The notes: generated from the letters alone by a model not told the origin. 64,000 nucleotides of DNA from Acidobacteriaceae bacterium (GCA_027452125.1 DAIDGZ010000082.1:26828-90827), one strand, 5' to 3'; counted from the stretch's first letter, positions 16,572 through 27,700 are shown. A program made the numbers and translations.

Positions 16572-19500
16572 ATGCGTAATGTTTTGAAGTGCACCACGTC
16601 GTTGAAGCAGTTTTTAAGAGGTAGGACCAGAAACGCGTCTATCATGCTCGTCCTCGTGATCTGTTTAGGCTGGGTTACCCTTCCCGGTGCGGCGCAGACC
16701 GCAGGTGATGGTGCCATCCAAGGTATTGTTGCGGACCCAACGGGGGCGGTGGTCCCTAGCGCGACGGTAACCGCGACCAACAACACAACGGGTGTCGTTA
16801 CCACCCGTACCACTACCTCGAATGGTTTGTATGTCATCTCGCCATTGATGCCTGGCAGCTACACCCTTACGGTCGATGCCCCGGGCTTCAGTGAGTTCAA
16901 GCAGCTAAACCTGACCATCAATGCCATGCAGCAGTTGGGTCTGAATGTGACGCTCAAGCTTGGCGCCGCCAACACCAACGTTACCGTCACCGCTGCGCCT
17001 CCCGAGTTGCAGACGACTAACGCCGTTCTCGGATCCACCATTGACAGCTCGGTTTATCTTGACTTGCCCGTACTGGTTAATAATCAGCAGCGCGACATTA
17101 CCGCATTCTCCAATCTGCTGCCGGGTGCGCAACCTGGTGCTCGCTCCTCACTGTTTTCGGGTACGCAGAGCCGAGTGGAAGAAGTCTATCTGGACGGCAT
17201 TCCGCTGACCACGATCAGCCAAATTGGTGATAACCGTCCGGTATTCAATATCATGCCCGCCGAGGCTATCGGCCAGATCAATGTGGTCACGAGCAGTGCC
17301 TCTGCCGAGTATCAGGGGGCCGGTATGGTCAACTACACCACTAAGTCAGGCGGCAACAAATACCACGGCACGGTTGCAGATTTTGTGCGTAACACTGCGT
17401 TTGATACCTGGGGATTTACGGCGATCACTGCCACAAAGACCGTACTCGTGAATGGCAAAATCACCAAGGTACCAGCCGGCAAGCCGGCTGACCACCAGAA
17501 TGAATTCACATTCTCAGTGGGTGGTCCCATCAGCATTCCTCATGTTTTCAGCGGCCACGACAAGCTCTTCTTCTACACCTCGTACGACCGCTTTCACTCC
17601 CGTAGCGCCGCCAATCCGAGCCAGACCACCATTCCCACGAGCAAGATGCGCACAGGTGACTTCTCTGAGTTGCTTGCTGCAAACGGCGGTCCAGGCTATA
17701 TCCTCTACGATCCGACCACGCAGGCCGCCTGCACCAGGAACAGCACTACCGGCCCATGCCGTTACGCTTACGGTCAGACCTACGCCGGTACCCCCGGCCC
17801 TGCCGGCAACCCCAGTGGCACGCCGACGGACGTTATCCCGGCCGGCATGATCTCTCCCATTGCCAAATACATGGAGCAGTGGCTGCCCGATCCCACTCTT
17901 TCTGGCCCCGGAATCATTAGCGGTAATTATTTGGGCGGCAGCCCCACTGGGTATGACAACTGGCTCTACTCCGGCCGCATTGACTACAACGTCTCTGACA
18001 AGCAGCGCATCGCGTGGGTCATATCTGGCGGCAACCGCGTTGCGTGGCCTTTTACTGGAACCAGCCACCTCGAGTTGCCTATTCCCTACACACAGACGGA
18101 TTATTCGACAGTTGCCGGCCATTGGTCTGATCTGCAGGATACCTACACCATCACCCAGCACCTGGTGAACCAGTTCAGCTTCGGCTGGAGCAACTTCGGC
18201 GGTCCGCCGCTTCGGAACCTGACCCAAGGCATAAAGCAGTACGAGGCTGTTACCGCGGGCATTGGCTTTACCGGCCTTCCCTCGAACGGCCAGGCCCTCA
18301 CTGAGTTTCCCACCTCAACTTTTGCTGGCAGCAATGCACCGGAACAATGGGGCCTTGGCGGCTCGGGGCAGACCTCAACGATCGTTACCGAGTCTTACAC
18401 TACGGTGGATAACCTGCTCTGGGTCAAAGGGAATCACTCCATGACCTTCGGCTTCCAGATGCAGCGTCTGGAAGACAACAACTCTTCGTATGACGGTCCG
18501 GTCTCTTCACTGACTCTGAACTGGAGCCCGAATGAGACGGCCTCCATCTCACCCAACGGCTCTGGCTATCAGTACGGTTCCAATACGGGCTACTCGTTTG
18601 CCAGCTATCTGTTGGGTGCTGTGGATAGCACAGGTATCTCCATACAGCCCTTCTCCGTGCTCGGTGGCCGCTACGCCACTTACGCTCCTTACTTCCAGGA
18701 CGACTGGAAGATTACCCCGAAGTTGACGCTCAATCTGGGGCTGCGCTGGGACTACATTGGTCCCTATCATGAGGTACTTGATCGCTTCTCGTTCCTGAAT
18801 CCCAACATCCCCAATCCCGTTACTGGTAATCCAGGAGCACTGCAGTTTGCTGGTAACCATGGCGGCTCGGCTGTGAGCTGCAACTGCAGCACTCCCGTAC
18901 ATACCTACTGGAAGAACTGGGGACCCCACGTAGGTTTCGCCTATCAGGTCAACGATAAGACAGTGGTGCGCGGCGGCTTTGCCACTCTCTATTCACACGG
19001 CGGCGGCACCGGTGGTGCAGGTGGGGCTGGTACTGGCCCTTCGCAGATGGGCTTTACCAGCTCAGTAAGCTTCCCGGCCAACGCTGCAGGCCCTGGCGCG
19101 GGGCCGGCATTCTACCTGAATAACAGTGCAGGCTTCCAGGCGCTGGGCAACATGACCAATGGGCAGCCTTACTCCAACAACACCTTCGGCGGTCCCGGCT
19201 ATTCCGTGCCTGCTATTCAGGCTCCCGGCGCTGTTAGCCAGACCCTCAACGTGGGCAATACTGTGGATGGTAGCGGCAATTACATCAAGGCAGGTGGCGC
19301 TCCCGGCTTTGCGGATTTTTACGTCTCTGGCCGTGCTCCGGAATTCAACTTCTGGAACTTCGGCTTAGACCGCGAAATCAGTAACAACATCACGATTGCG
19401 GTGGACTACGCCGGCTCCGAGAGCCACTTCATTTACGGCGCCAGCAACATGCGCGGAATCTATGCGGGGCAGGTCAATCCCGCCTATTACGCGCTGGGCT

Positions 19501-20573
19501 CCCTGCTGAACGCTCCAGCCACCCCGGCCAACGTGGCCAAGGCCCAGGCCATCATTCCCTCGATCGCTCCGCCCTACGCTGGCTTCGAACAGGCCGCCTC
19601 AACCTCGGCAGGCTCCGGCCAGGCCACTATCGCCCGGATGCTCACCTGGATGCCGCAGTTCTCCGGTACCACGGATACCTGGGGTTCTTCCACGGCTAAC
19701 GCCAGCTACCATGCCCTGCAGATCTCTGCACGGAAGCGGATGTCTAATGGGCTAAATATCACTGCCAACTATACCTATTCCAAGCAGATCGATGATGCCG
19801 GCACACAGCGTGATGGCTTCGCGATTCCTGCGAACCTGACGCTAAACGGTAAGGCATGGGCTCGGAACCGGATTGATCGGTCGATCAGCGCCACCAGCGT
19901 TCCGCAGAATCTTGCGGTTTTCGGTACCTATCACATGCCCTTCGGCAGCGGCACTCTCGGCGGTTCCGCCAATCCGGTTCTCCGCCAGGTCATCAAGGGA
20001 TGGGAACTGGGCGGCATCTTCCGGTACTCTTCCGGCACGCCCCTGCTTGTCACCTCATCTGCCTGCACCAGCAGCAGTCAGCCCTATGCCGGCACCTGTA
20101 TGCCAGACCTCAACCCGAATTTCACCGGTAAGAGCATCCGGCAGAACGGGAGTTGGGGCAAGGGCATCACCGCAGGTAACTTCAGCGCCATTCACTATCT
20201 GATCGGCGCCAACACCGACACAACCCCGGGCAATGGCGTTCCCAATGGGACCACTAAGGTTTCCTGTGCCAACAGTACCGGGCCGTACTGCAACTCGCAG
20301 GCCTTTATGTTCGGCGATTCGCCGCGCACCATGGCCTTCAACGGTCTGCGTAATCCCAGTGCGTACGGACTCGATGGCAGTGTCAGCCGCACCTTCGACA
20401 TCACCGAGCGCTGGAAGTTTGTCTTCCGTGCCGACTGCACCAACATCACCAACAAGGTGACGTTCGGCGGTATCCAGACAAATGTGAACAACACTAACTT
20501 CGGAGCTGTGAGCAGCGCTACTGGCAACACCGGCAGCCGCGACTTCCAATTCTCCGGAAGAATCAACTTCTAA
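16572..20573 (+). CDS. TonB-dependent receptor (Oar-like, carboxypeptidase-regulatory N-domain)
   Basis: GAIQGIVADPTGAVVP.ATVT, TKSGGNKYHG, YFQDDWKITPKLTLNLGLRWDY, C-terminal FQFSGRINF. Confidence 0.95.
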   Translation: MRNVLKCTTSLKQFLRGRTRNASIMLVLVICLGWVTLPGAAQTAGDGAIQGIVADPTGAVVPSATVTATNNTTGVVTTRTTTSNGLYVISPLMPGSYTLTVDAPGFSEFKQLNLTINAMQQLGLNVTLKLGAANTNVTVTAAPPELQTTNAVLGSTIDSSVYLDLPVLVNNQQRDITAFSNLLPGAQPGARSSLFSGTQSRVEEVYLDGIPLTTISQIGDNRPVFNIMPAEAIGQINVVTSSASAEYQGAGMVNYTTKSGGNKYHGTVADFVRNTAFDTWGFTAITATKTVLVNGKITKVPAGKPADHQNEFTFSVGGPISIPHVFSGHDKLFFYTSYDRFHSRSAANPSQTTIPTSKMRTGDFSELLAANGGPGYILYDPTTQAACTRNSTTGPCRYAYGQTYAGTPGPAGNPSGTPTDVIPAGMISPIAKYMEQWLPDPTLSGPGIISGNYLGGSPTGYDNWLYSGRIDYNVSDKQRIAWVISGGNRVAWPFTGTSHLELPIPYTQTDYSTVAGHWSDLQDTYTITQHLVNQFSFGWSNFGGPPLRNLTQGIKQYEAVTAGIGFTGLPSNGQALTEFPTSTFAGSNAPEQWGLGGSGQTSTIVTESYTTVDNLLWVKGNHSMTFGFQMQRLEDNNSSYDGPVSSLTLNWSPNETASISPNGSGYQYGSNTGYSFASYLLGAVDSTGISIQPFSVLGGRYATYAPYFQDDWKITPKLTLNLGLRWDYIGPYHEVLDRFSFLNPNIPNPVTGNPGALQFAGNHGGSAVSCNCSTPVHTYWKNWGPHVGFAYQVNDKTVVRGGFATLYSHGGGTGGAGGAGTGPSQMGFTSSVSFPANAAGPGAGPAFYLNNSAGFQALGNMTNGQPYSNNTFGGPGYSVPAIQAPGAVSQTLNVGNTVDGSGNYIKAGGAPGFADFYVSGRAPEFNFWNFGLDREISNNITIAVDYAGSESHFIYGASNMRGIYAGQVNPAYYALGSLLNAPATPANVAKAQAIIPSIAPPYAGFEQAASTSAGSGQATIARMLTWMPQFSGTTDTWGSSTANASYHALQISARKRMSNGLNITANYTYSKQIDDAGTQRDGFAIPANLTLNGKAWARNRIDRSISATSVPQNLAVFGTYHMPFGSGTLGGSANPVLRQVIKGWELGGIFRYSSGTPLLVTSSACTSSSQPYAGTCMPDLNPNFTGKSIRQNGSWGKGITAGNFSAIHYLIGANTDTTPGNGVPNGTTKVSCANSTGPYCNSQAFMFGDSPRTMAFNGLRNPSAYGLDGSVSRTFDITERWKFVFRADCTNITNKVTFGGIQTNVNNTNFGAVSSATGNTGSRDFQFSGRINF

Positions 20574-20590
20574 TTCTCGAGCAGTAAGCA

Positions 20591-20638
20591 GAAACCGGCA
20601 CCCGGTAGCGTCATTCGGCGCTTCCGGATGCCGGTTTT
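20591..20638. terminator. Probable bidirectional terminator
   Basis: AAACCGGCA..TGCCGGTTTT long stem between convergent TBDR and lacI. Confidence 0.65.
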
Positions 20639-20683
20639 GAGCGCGAGATGTATGGAACAGAAGTTAGGCTGAACCCGAAAAGA

Positions 20684-21748
20684 TCAGTTTTTCGGATTCT
20701 CGGAGGCGGGGGGCGCGGCTGTGGACCCGCGGACCACGAGACTCGTTGAAACCAGAAACTCACGCTGCATCTTGGGATTGTGCGGGTCTTCTGCCTGCTG
20801 CCGTAACGCCTCAAAGGCAGCTCGTGCCAGATCAGTCCGTGAAAGCCGGATGGTGGTCAGTGGCGGAAGTGTGAACTCCGCAAAATCAATATCATCAAGT
20901 CCGATCACGCTCAGGTCCTGGGGAACCCGCAGGCCCTCATTGTGGGCTCCGCGGAAGACGCCGATGGCCGTCATGTCATTCGAGCACACCACAGCTGTGG
21001 GCTGGACATCAAGAGTGCGGAGCTTATTGAATCCAGCTACGCCTCCCTTGAGTGTGTGATCGCACTCGATAATCCACTTCTTTTGGATGGGCAGCCCCAG
21101 ACTGCGCAGTGCTGCCTTGAAATCATTTTCGCGTGTAATCGCGGAGTGCAGCGTGTGCGGCCCGGCCAAGAAGCCGATCTTCGTGTGTCCCAACTTCGCG
21201 AGATACTGCACTGCCTCGTATATTCCTGTGGCGTAGTCGAGCAAGATGGTACTCGCCTTTGGGTCGTCCAAGCTGAATTCTGCCAGGACAATCGGCACAT
21301 CGCGATTCATTAGCTGGTCAAGAACCGTCTCTTCTTCGCCGAAGGTCATCACTGCAACGCCCTCCACTTTGCGCTCGAGCATGCGCCGAACGCAGGTGGT
21401 TAATACATTGGGGTCGCTGTTTGAGGAACTGACCAGAATCTCGTAGCCATGCGCCACCGCAATCTCTTCAAAACTCTGAATCAGCTCCGGAAAGAAGGGG
21501 TTGGTGATGTTCTCCACGATGATGCCGAACAGGCGGCTGCGTCCGGAAACCAGCGTGCGCGCATGGGTATTTGGAAAGTAGTTAAGCTGGCGGATAGCTT
21601 GCCATACGCGCTTCTTGAGCTTGTCGCTGACCAGCGGCGAACCGTTAATAGTGCGCGAAACAGTAGCAATGGAGACCTTGGCCGAGGCGGCTACAGTGCG
21701 GATATCGGGCGGTTTGGCAGCAGCTTTGCGGGTTGGTTTACGAACCAC
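20684..21748 (-). CDS. LacI family transcriptional regulator
   Basis: DIRTVA..AKVSIATVSRTIN HTH, NPFFPE, CSNDMTAIG, VPQDLSVIGLDD, PPLTTI. Confidence 0.96.
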   Translation of the reverse strand: MVRKPTRKAAAKPPDIRTVAASAKVSIATVSRTINGSPLVSDKLKKRVWQAIRQLNYFPNTHARTLVSGRSRLFGIIVENITNPFFPELIQSFEEIAVAHGYEILVSSSNSDPNVLTTCVRRMLERKVEGVAVMTFGEEETVLDQLMNRDVPIVLAEFSLDDPKASTILLDYATGIYEAVQYLAKLGHTKIGFLAGPHTLHSAITRENDFKAALRSLGLPIQKKWIIECDHTLKGGVAGFNKLRTLDVQPTAVVCSNDMTAIGVFRGAHNEGLRVPQDLSVIGLDDIDFAEFTLPPLTTIRLSRTDLARAAFEALRQQAEDPHNPKMQREFLVSTSLVVRGSTAAPPASENPKN

Positions 21749-21881
21749 TGAACGATCCTTCTACAGGCAACTCCATATCAACATGATGTTATCGCACGAA
21801 AATGAGATAACGCGGGATAAATGACTGCCAAATCAGTTTGGCTGGGCATGTACGCACCCAGAGACAGTGCGTGCGCAATAT

Positions 21882-23336
21882 TCAGTCTCGCTCGGCAATC
21901 AGCAGGCGCAGGTCGCGCAGGTTGTGGCCCGTGGGTCCGGTCACAACCGAGTCGCCCAGAGCAGTGAACAGAGGGCAGGCGTTGAACGTAGCCAGAGATT
22001 CCTCGGGGTCGTAGCCGAAGGTGCGAGCACGCTCCACAGTAGTGGGGTCTGCCATAGCGCCGGCGGAGCGGGTGTTTCCATCAATCCCGTCCGATCCAGC
22101 GCTAAGTACGATCAGGCGATCGCCGGGATATTTCTGTAAATCAAGTGCGCAGGCCAAGGCAAATTGTTGATTGCGTCCACCTGCTCCGGGTGTCCGATTC
22201 AGCGTTACAGTCACCTCGCCCACGGAGATGAGGCACAAGCGTTTGTGGCGCGTGCGCAGTGTGTGGAAGAGATCAAGCAAATAGCGTGCCGCATCAGCGT
22301 AGTCCCAGTCGTCGCAGCTGTTGTCCACCACGGCGTGATAGCCGGCTTGCTGCGCCAAGGCGCGGGCATTTTCCACTAGATCGTGGGTCGAGAGTAGAAT
22401 TTCGAAGACGGAGTCCTGAAAGGCGGGTTCTTCGCCGCTCATGCTTGCCGCCGAGGTCACGCGGCGGGGATGTGCTGGTTCGGTCCGGGACAGCCTGGGC
22501 AGAAACGGAGGCAGCCAGCTCTTGTTACCAGGTGACTCAGGTAAGTCTTTGCGTTCGAAGAAGGCGCGGACGGTGGAGGGAAATTTGGCAGCAAGTTGGT
22601 AGCGCTCGATGAGAGCGCGCACCTCGGCCAAAGTCGAGTGGTCTGGCGAAGTGGGGCCGGAGGAAAGCGAGTCGAGCGAGCGCAGGGGCACATCGGGCAG
22701 CAGAAAGCTGATTTTGGTTGCCTCGGGCGCAGCCATGGCCAGCCGCCCAGCCTTGACCGCAGAGAAATGTTTACGCAGCGTATTGATCTCCTGGATTGGC
22801 GCACCGGAGCCAAGTAGCACCTCGTGAAAGGCGCGCGTATCATCTAGGGAGATCTGCGTGTCGAGCGGCAGGTCAAACATCGCCGAGCCGCCGCCAGATA
22901 TGAGGAAGAAGACGAGTGTGTCTTTTTTGGCCTTGCGCAGCATGGCCAGAGCCGTACGGGCCGCAGCCAGTGAATCCTCGTTGGGCAAGGGATGTCCACC
23001 CTCAAAGTAGCGGAAGCGCCAGTTACGCTTAGCGGGCAACTGGCCGGCGCAGCAGATGCCGCGCAGTCCCTTGCGGCGTTTCATCCGATCAAGCAGTGTA
23101 TCGAGCATCGGCAGGGCTGCCTTGCCCAGGGCAATGACAAAGATCCGTTTGTACGCGGAGAGATCGATCTCGGCGGGGCCGCTGCCGTCGGGTAGCAGGC
23201 GATGCATGAAGTTACCCTCAAACTGAATGCGCCTGTCAAAAGCAGAGGCTATGTTGCATGCGGTCAGCGCTCCGGTAAAGATACTGGTGGCCATAGAGTG
23301 CAAAGAATCGAGTGCGATTTCACTGGGGGGAGTCAT
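21882..23336 (-). CDS. Glycerate kinase type II (DUF4147/MOFRL)
   Basis: ALGKAA, GGHPLP, LISGGGSA, RKHFSAVK.G.LA, GGRNQ, GSDGIDG, TGPTG.N.RD. Confidence 0.92.
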   Translation of the reverse strand: MTPPSEIALDSLHSMATSIFTGALTACNIASAFDRRIQFEGNFMHRLLPDGSGPAEIDLSAYKRIFVIALGKAALPMLDTLLDRMKRRKGLRGICCAGQLPAKRNWRFRYFEGGHPLPNEDSLAAARTALAMLRKAKKDTLVFFLISGGGSAMFDLPLDTQISLDDTRAFHEVLLGSGAPIQEINTLRKHFSAVKAGRLAMAAPEATKISFLLPDVPLRSLDSLSSGPTSPDHSTLAEVRALIERYQLAAKFPSTVRAFFERKDLPESPGNKSWLPPFLPRLSRTEPAHPRRVTSAASMSGEEPAFQDSVFEILLSTHDLVENARALAQQAGYHAVVDNSCDDWDYADAARYLLDLFHTLRTRHKRLCLISVGEVTVTLNRTPGAGGRNQQFALACALDLQKYPGDRLIVLSAGSDGIDGNTRSAGAMADPTTVERARTFGYDPEESLATFNACPLFTALGDSVVTGPTGHNLRDLRLLIAERD

Positions 23337-24058
23337 AGCAACTGCTCCTTGAGCCACGCGGCAAGATGGTTTTGCATCTTTTCCAGATGGCCCTTGAAAA
23401 AGTGGTCTGCGCCGGAGAGAAGCGTCAGGTGTTTGGGGGCAGCGGCTGACGCCACAATGTGCTCCAGTTCATAGGCCGGTGCAAACTGATCGTGGCTACC
23501 GCTCAGGAAAAGCTTGGGAAGGGTGCAGTGAGACAAAAAATCATACGTATAGCCGCGCCCGGCTGCTTCGGTGGGCAGTCCGAGGGCGACAAGCGCGTGA
23601 ATGTCGTGTGCGGGACGCAGCACACTGCAGCAGGCGGTCAGCGTCATGGCCGCGCCAAAGCTGAAACCGCCCGCAACCAGAGGCAGACTGAACTCAGTGC
23701 GCAGCCAGTGAAGGGCAGCCAGCACATCAGCGGACTCTGCTTGACCATTGTGCACACCCTGACTGCGGCCCACTCCGCGGAAGTTAAAGCGCAGCACGGG
23801 CCAGCCTAGACCAAAGGCCGGATCGTTGATGGCCTTCATTGCGTGGTAGACGACCTTGTTATGCAGGCTGCCGCCACCCAGCGGATGAGGGTGGCTAAGC
23901 AGCACAGCGAAGGGAGCGTCAGGAACACCTTCATTGAGTATGGCTTCGAGGTGACCTTCGGGGCCATCCAGAAACAGAGTACGTACGGTTCGCCCCGCGA
24001 GCGCCGGATGGTGCGAACGAGAAGAGCCCGGCAGTGCGGAAGAGATTACGACGTTCAT
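23333..24058 (-). CDS. Alpha/beta hydrolase
   Basis: HPHPLGGGS..NKVV, RFNFRGVG.SQG, GFSFG nucleophile elbow, GADHFF. Confidence 0.9.
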   Translation of the reverse strand: MNVVISSALPGSSRSHHPALAGRTVRTLFLDGPEGHLEAILNEGVPDAPFAVLLSHPHPLGGGSLHNKVVYHAMKAINDPAFGLGWPVLRFNFRGVGRSQGVHNGQAESADVLAALHWLRTEFSLPLVAGGFSFGAAMTLTACCSVLRPAHDIHALVALGLPTEAAGRGYTYDFLSHCTLPKLFLSGSHDQFAPAYELEHIVASAAAPKHLTLLSGADHFFKGHLEKMQNHLAAWLKEQLL

Positions 24059-24178
24059 TTCATCCCCGATTTTACGCTCAATCTGCTGGATTACTCTTGT
24101 CTTCAGGATCTGCCTAGGCGAATTTCGTAAAAGCATCGTTGCGTGGAATTTCAAGCAACTGAGCTATCCTGACAGCAT

Positions 24179-25222
24179 ATGAGCGAAAAGATTGTGCAGG
24201 ATGCCATTGATCCCATTGCCCTGACGCGCCAGTTGTGCGACATCGAGTCCACCACATACCACGAGGGGCCGGTTGGCGATTTTCTGGCTGATTTTCTTGC
24301 CGGCCATGGCTGGGAGGTGGAAAAGACCGCGGTGCCGCAACCGCAGGAGAGCGCCAACAGTGGATCCCGCTGGAACGTCTACGCTGGTCTTCCCGGGCAG
24401 ACGCCCGATCTAGTGTTTTCCACGCACATGGATACGGTTCCTCCCTACATCCCTTACTCGGAGGACGATGATTTTTTGTACGGGCGTGGAGTGTCTGACG
24501 CCAAAGGCATCATCGCTGCACAAGTGGCGGCGGCCGCAGAACTGCGCAAGGCGGGCTACAAGGTGGGCATGCTGTTTGTATCTGGCGAGGAACGCGATTC
24601 GGCCGGGGCCAGGGTGGCCAACGAATCGCCTAGGGGTAGCCGATTCCTCATCAACGGCGAGCCCACGGACAACCGCCTGGCATTGGCCTCAAAAGGTGCG
24701 CTGCGGGCGGTGATCCGCTCCTCAGGTAAGATGTGTCACTCGGCCTACCCGGAGCTGGGTGAGTCGGCGGTACACAAGCTGGTGGAAGCTCTGGATAAGG
24801 TGCTGGCGGTTGAGCTGCCTGTGACCGAGGACGTCGGACCAAGCACGCTCAATATAGGACAGATTCACGGTGGATATGCACCCAACGTGGTGGCCGATAA
24901 GGCCGAGGCCCAGGTGCTAGTGCGGCTGGTAAGTGACGCCACACCGGTGCGCACTGCTTTGCAGGAGGCCTGCGCCGGACTGGCCGAGGTGGACTTCACG
25001 CTGGAGATTCCGTTTGTGCGGCTACGAGCCGTGCCCGGACTGCCCACCATGATCGCCAAGTTCACCACGGATATTCCCCAGTTAAGCAACTGGGGCGAAC
25101 CCTTACTGCTGGGGCCAGGCTCCATCCATGTGGCGCACACTCCAGGAGAAAAGTTGGCCAAGAAAGAGTTGCTGGAAGCGGTACAGTTGTACATTCAGGT
25201 GGCGAAACAGTTGTTGAGTTAA
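24179..25222 (+). CDS. M20/M25/M40 metallohydrolase (ArgE/DapE-like)
   Basis: STHMDTVPP, GRGVSDAKG, GEE, GEPT, GPGSIHVAHT. Confidence 0.92.
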   Translation: MSEKIVQDAIDPIALTRQLCDIESTTYHEGPVGDFLADFLAGHGWEVEKTAVPQPQESANSGSRWNVYAGLPGQTPDLVFSTHMDTVPPYIPYSEDDDFLYGRGVSDAKGIIAAQVAAAAELRKAGYKVGMLFVSGEERDSAGARVANESPRGSRFLINGEPTDNRLALASKGALRAVIRSSGKMCHSAYPELGESAVHKLVEALDKVLAVELPVTEDVGPSTLNIGQIHGGYAPNVVADKAEAQVLVRLVSDATPVRTALQEACAGLAEVDFTLEIPFVRLRAVPGLPTMIAKFTTDIPQLSNWGEPLLLGPGSIHVAHTPGEKLAKKELLEAVQLYIQVAKQLLS

Positions 25223-25288
25223 GTTCCTTTCTCTAATCCGTAACGCCTTTATGGCGACAAGAGTATCCACTTCAAAACAAAGGAGACA

Positions 25289-25846
25289 ATGATGGGCGCA
25301 CAGATTTACGAGATTCCCGTAAAGAAGATCACCGGCGAAGATGCCTTGCTCGCGGAGCACAAAGGCAAGGTGGTTCTGGTGGTGAACGTAGCGTCGAAGT
25401 GCGGGCTTACGCCGCAGTATGAGGGGCTGGAGAAGCTCTACGAGAAGTATGCAGCCAAGGGGTTGGTGGTCGCTGGCTTCCCCGCCAACGATTTCAAGAG
25501 CCAAGAGCCGGGTACTGAGGCTGAGATTCAGGCCTTCTGCACCTCTAACTACGGCGTCAAGTTTCCCATGTACTCCAAGATTACCGTGGTCGGTGCCGAC
25601 AAGCATCCGCTTTACAAAGCGTTAATATCCGCGCAGCCTGAGGCGGTGAGCGTGAATACACCCTCCTGGCGTGAAAAGCTCAAGGGCTACGGCATCGAGG
25701 GTAATCCGGAGCCGGAGCTACTGTGGAACTTTGAGAAGTTTCTGGTGAGCCGCTCGGGCGAGGTGGTCAAGCGTTTTGCACCTGATACCGCACCGGATGC
25801 GCCGGAACTGATCGTCGCCATCGAAGGGGAACTGGCCAAGAACTAG
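25289..25846 (+). CDS. Glutathione peroxidase family protein (Cys-type)
   Basis: VVNVASKCGLTPQY, GFPANDF, WNFEKFLV. Confidence 0.95.
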   Translation: MMGAQIYEIPVKKITGEDALLAEHKGKVVLVVNVASKCGLTPQYEGLEKLYEKYAAKGLVVAGFPANDFKSQEPGTEAEIQAFCTSNYGVKFPMYSKITVVGADKHPLYKALISAQPEAVSVNTPSWREKLKGYGIEGNPEPELLWNFEKFLVSRSGEVVKRFAPDTAPDAPELIVAIEGELAKN

Positions 25847-25888
25847 GCGTTAAGTCTGCACGTCAGTAAGTGAGCAAGCCAGCTTGTT

Positions 25889-25920
25889 ACGGAATAGGCC
25901 CTGCGGGGCCTATTCCGTTT
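25889..25920 (+). terminator. Intrinsic terminator
   Basis: ACGGAATAGGCCC-TGCG-GGGCCTATTCCGT followed by a short T run. Confidence 0.75.
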
Positions 25921-26353
25921 GCACATGTTCGCTAGCCGGGGGCAGAGATCACATTTATCTGGATTCTTATCGCGCGTCGACTGCCATTAGGCAGAAGACC
26001 CACTCCTCACATTTCTCTGCGCCCATCACAGTAAAGCCTGTGCAGCGTTATCACGACGCGCGAGCGCCTGGTACTCCGTTGACGCGCGCTGTCGGAATCT
26101 TTCACTTCTTGTAACTATATTTTTCATAAGAAAACTGTCCTACCGGAAACTCCGCGCCGTGAACTATCGTCTGGGAAAACGGGAAGTTATAGGTCGCTTC
26201 TGCGCCGCCGTTTCTCTGAGCCGTTGCATCTGTATGCACTGGGCGCTTCGCACGCCATAGTTGGGATCGTTTGAAACAGTTGTCGCAACTCAGGCTTGTA
26301 CCTAAGGCACGTCCTAACCTGCTCAAAACCCTGCACGATCCGGAGTCGCCGTC

Positions 26354-27661
26354 ATGTATTTTAAGCACGCCTCATTGCTTCTGCTCCTTGCGTTTTCTGC
26401 GCTGGCCGCGCAGGCCCAGGCACCCAAACCGCTGCCCAGTGAAGTGGCCGGTATCCCTGTGAACTACGACCAGGTAAAGGTAGGCACATATACGCTGCCC
26501 GATCCTCTCAAGTTTGACAACGGCAAGCCGGTGCGTACGGCCAAAGAGTGGTTTGCGAAGCGCCGGCCGGAGATTGTGAAGCTGTTTCAAACGCAGCAGT
26601 ACGGGATTGCGCCGGGACGGCCCACGGCGGAGAGCTTCGATGTGACGGATAAGGGCACGCCCGCGCTGGAGGGGAAGGCGATCCGCAAGCAGGTGATCAT
26701 CTCGTTCGCGAAGGACCCGAGCTGGCCAAAGATTCATCTACTCGTTTACCTGCCGGCGGTGGCGAAGAAGCCGGTGTCGATGTTTTTCACGATCAGCTTT
26801 GGCGCGGTGCAGTGCGCGACGGACGACGCGGGAATTACGCCGGAGGAGGTGTGGAATCCGCGAGTGGGCGAGAAGATGATGCCGCCGAAGAACCGCTGCT
26901 TCTTTGGCCGCATCCCCGTGGAGAAACTTCTGGATGCCGGCTTCGGTGTGGCCACCTTCTACTACGGCGATGTGGATCCAGACTTCAAGGATGGATTCAA
27001 GAACGGCATCCGCGCGCGCTACCTGAAGTCTGGCCAAACTGAGCTGGCGCCTGATCAGTGGGGCTCGATTGCCGCCTGGGCCTGGGGCATGAGCCGCGTA
27101 GAAGATTATTTTGAGACTGACAAGAGCATCGACGCTCATCGCGTGGCCATCCACGGCATCTCGCGGCTGGGCAAGACGGTGATGTGCGCCGGCGCGCATG
27201 ACCAACGCTTTGCCGCGGTGATCGCCAGCTGCTCGGGAGAGGGCGGGGCGGCGCTGAGCCATCGCGACTACGGCGAGACCATTGCCCACCTGACCGCACC
27301 CACACGTTACGCATACCAGTTTGCCGGCAATTATGCGCACTGGGCGGGGTTCCCGGACAAGGCGCCAATTGACGCAAATTTGCTGATTACACTGATTGCG
27401 CCGCGGCCGTTACTGTTGCAAACCGGGAGCACAGACTATTGGTCCGATCCCAAAGGCGAGTTTCTGGCGGAGGTGGCGGCGGGGCCGGTGTACCGGCTGC
27501 TGGGCAAGGACCCACTGGACACAGACGTGTGGCCGGCAGCAAAGCAGCCGATTCTGCACGACCTCTCCTACTACATGCACGAGGGCGGCCACGGTATGGT
27601 ACCGTCCGACTGGGACATCTATATAGAGTTCCTAAAAATGCACCTGCATCCGGATCAATAA
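26354..27661 (+). CDS. CE15 glucuronoyl esterase-like secreted esterase
   Basis: Signal peptide, YTLPDPL, AWAWG.SR..DY, GISRLGK (G-x-S-R-x-G-K), SGEGG, LIAPRP, GGH. Confidence 0.88.
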   Translation: MYFKHASLLLLLAFSALAAQAQAPKPLPSEVAGIPVNYDQVKVGTYTLPDPLKFDNGKPVRTAKEWFAKRRPEIVKLFQTQQYGIAPGRPTAESFDVTDKGTPALEGKAIRKQVIISFAKDPSWPKIHLLVYLPAVAKKPVSMFFTISFGAVQCATDDAGITPEEVWNPRVGEKMMPPKNRCFFGRIPVEKLLDAGFGVATFYYGDVDPDFKDGFKNGIRARYLKSGQTELAPDQWGSIAAWAWGMSRVEDYFETDKSIDAHRVAIHGISRLGKTVMCAGAHDQRFAAVIASCSGEGGAALSHRDYGETIAHLTAPTRYAYQFAGNYAHWAGFPDKAPIDANLLITLIAPRPLLLQTGSTDYWSDPKGEFLAEVAAGPVYRLLGKDPLDTDVWPAAKQPILHDLSYYMHEGGHGMVPSDWDIYIEFLKMHLHPDQ

Positions 27662-27700
27662 CGCAAGGCAACTCCTTGACAACCCAGAGGGAGTGAAACC

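Noticed and set aside
25289-25846. Possible selenoprotein glutathione peroxidase
   Set aside because: The active-site codon is TGC (Cys), with no in-frame TGA.
26102-26368. 88-aa minus-strand ORF in the spacer before the CE15 gene
   Set aside because: It overlaps the CE15 start, has no RBS and matches no family I recognise; at most a remnant.
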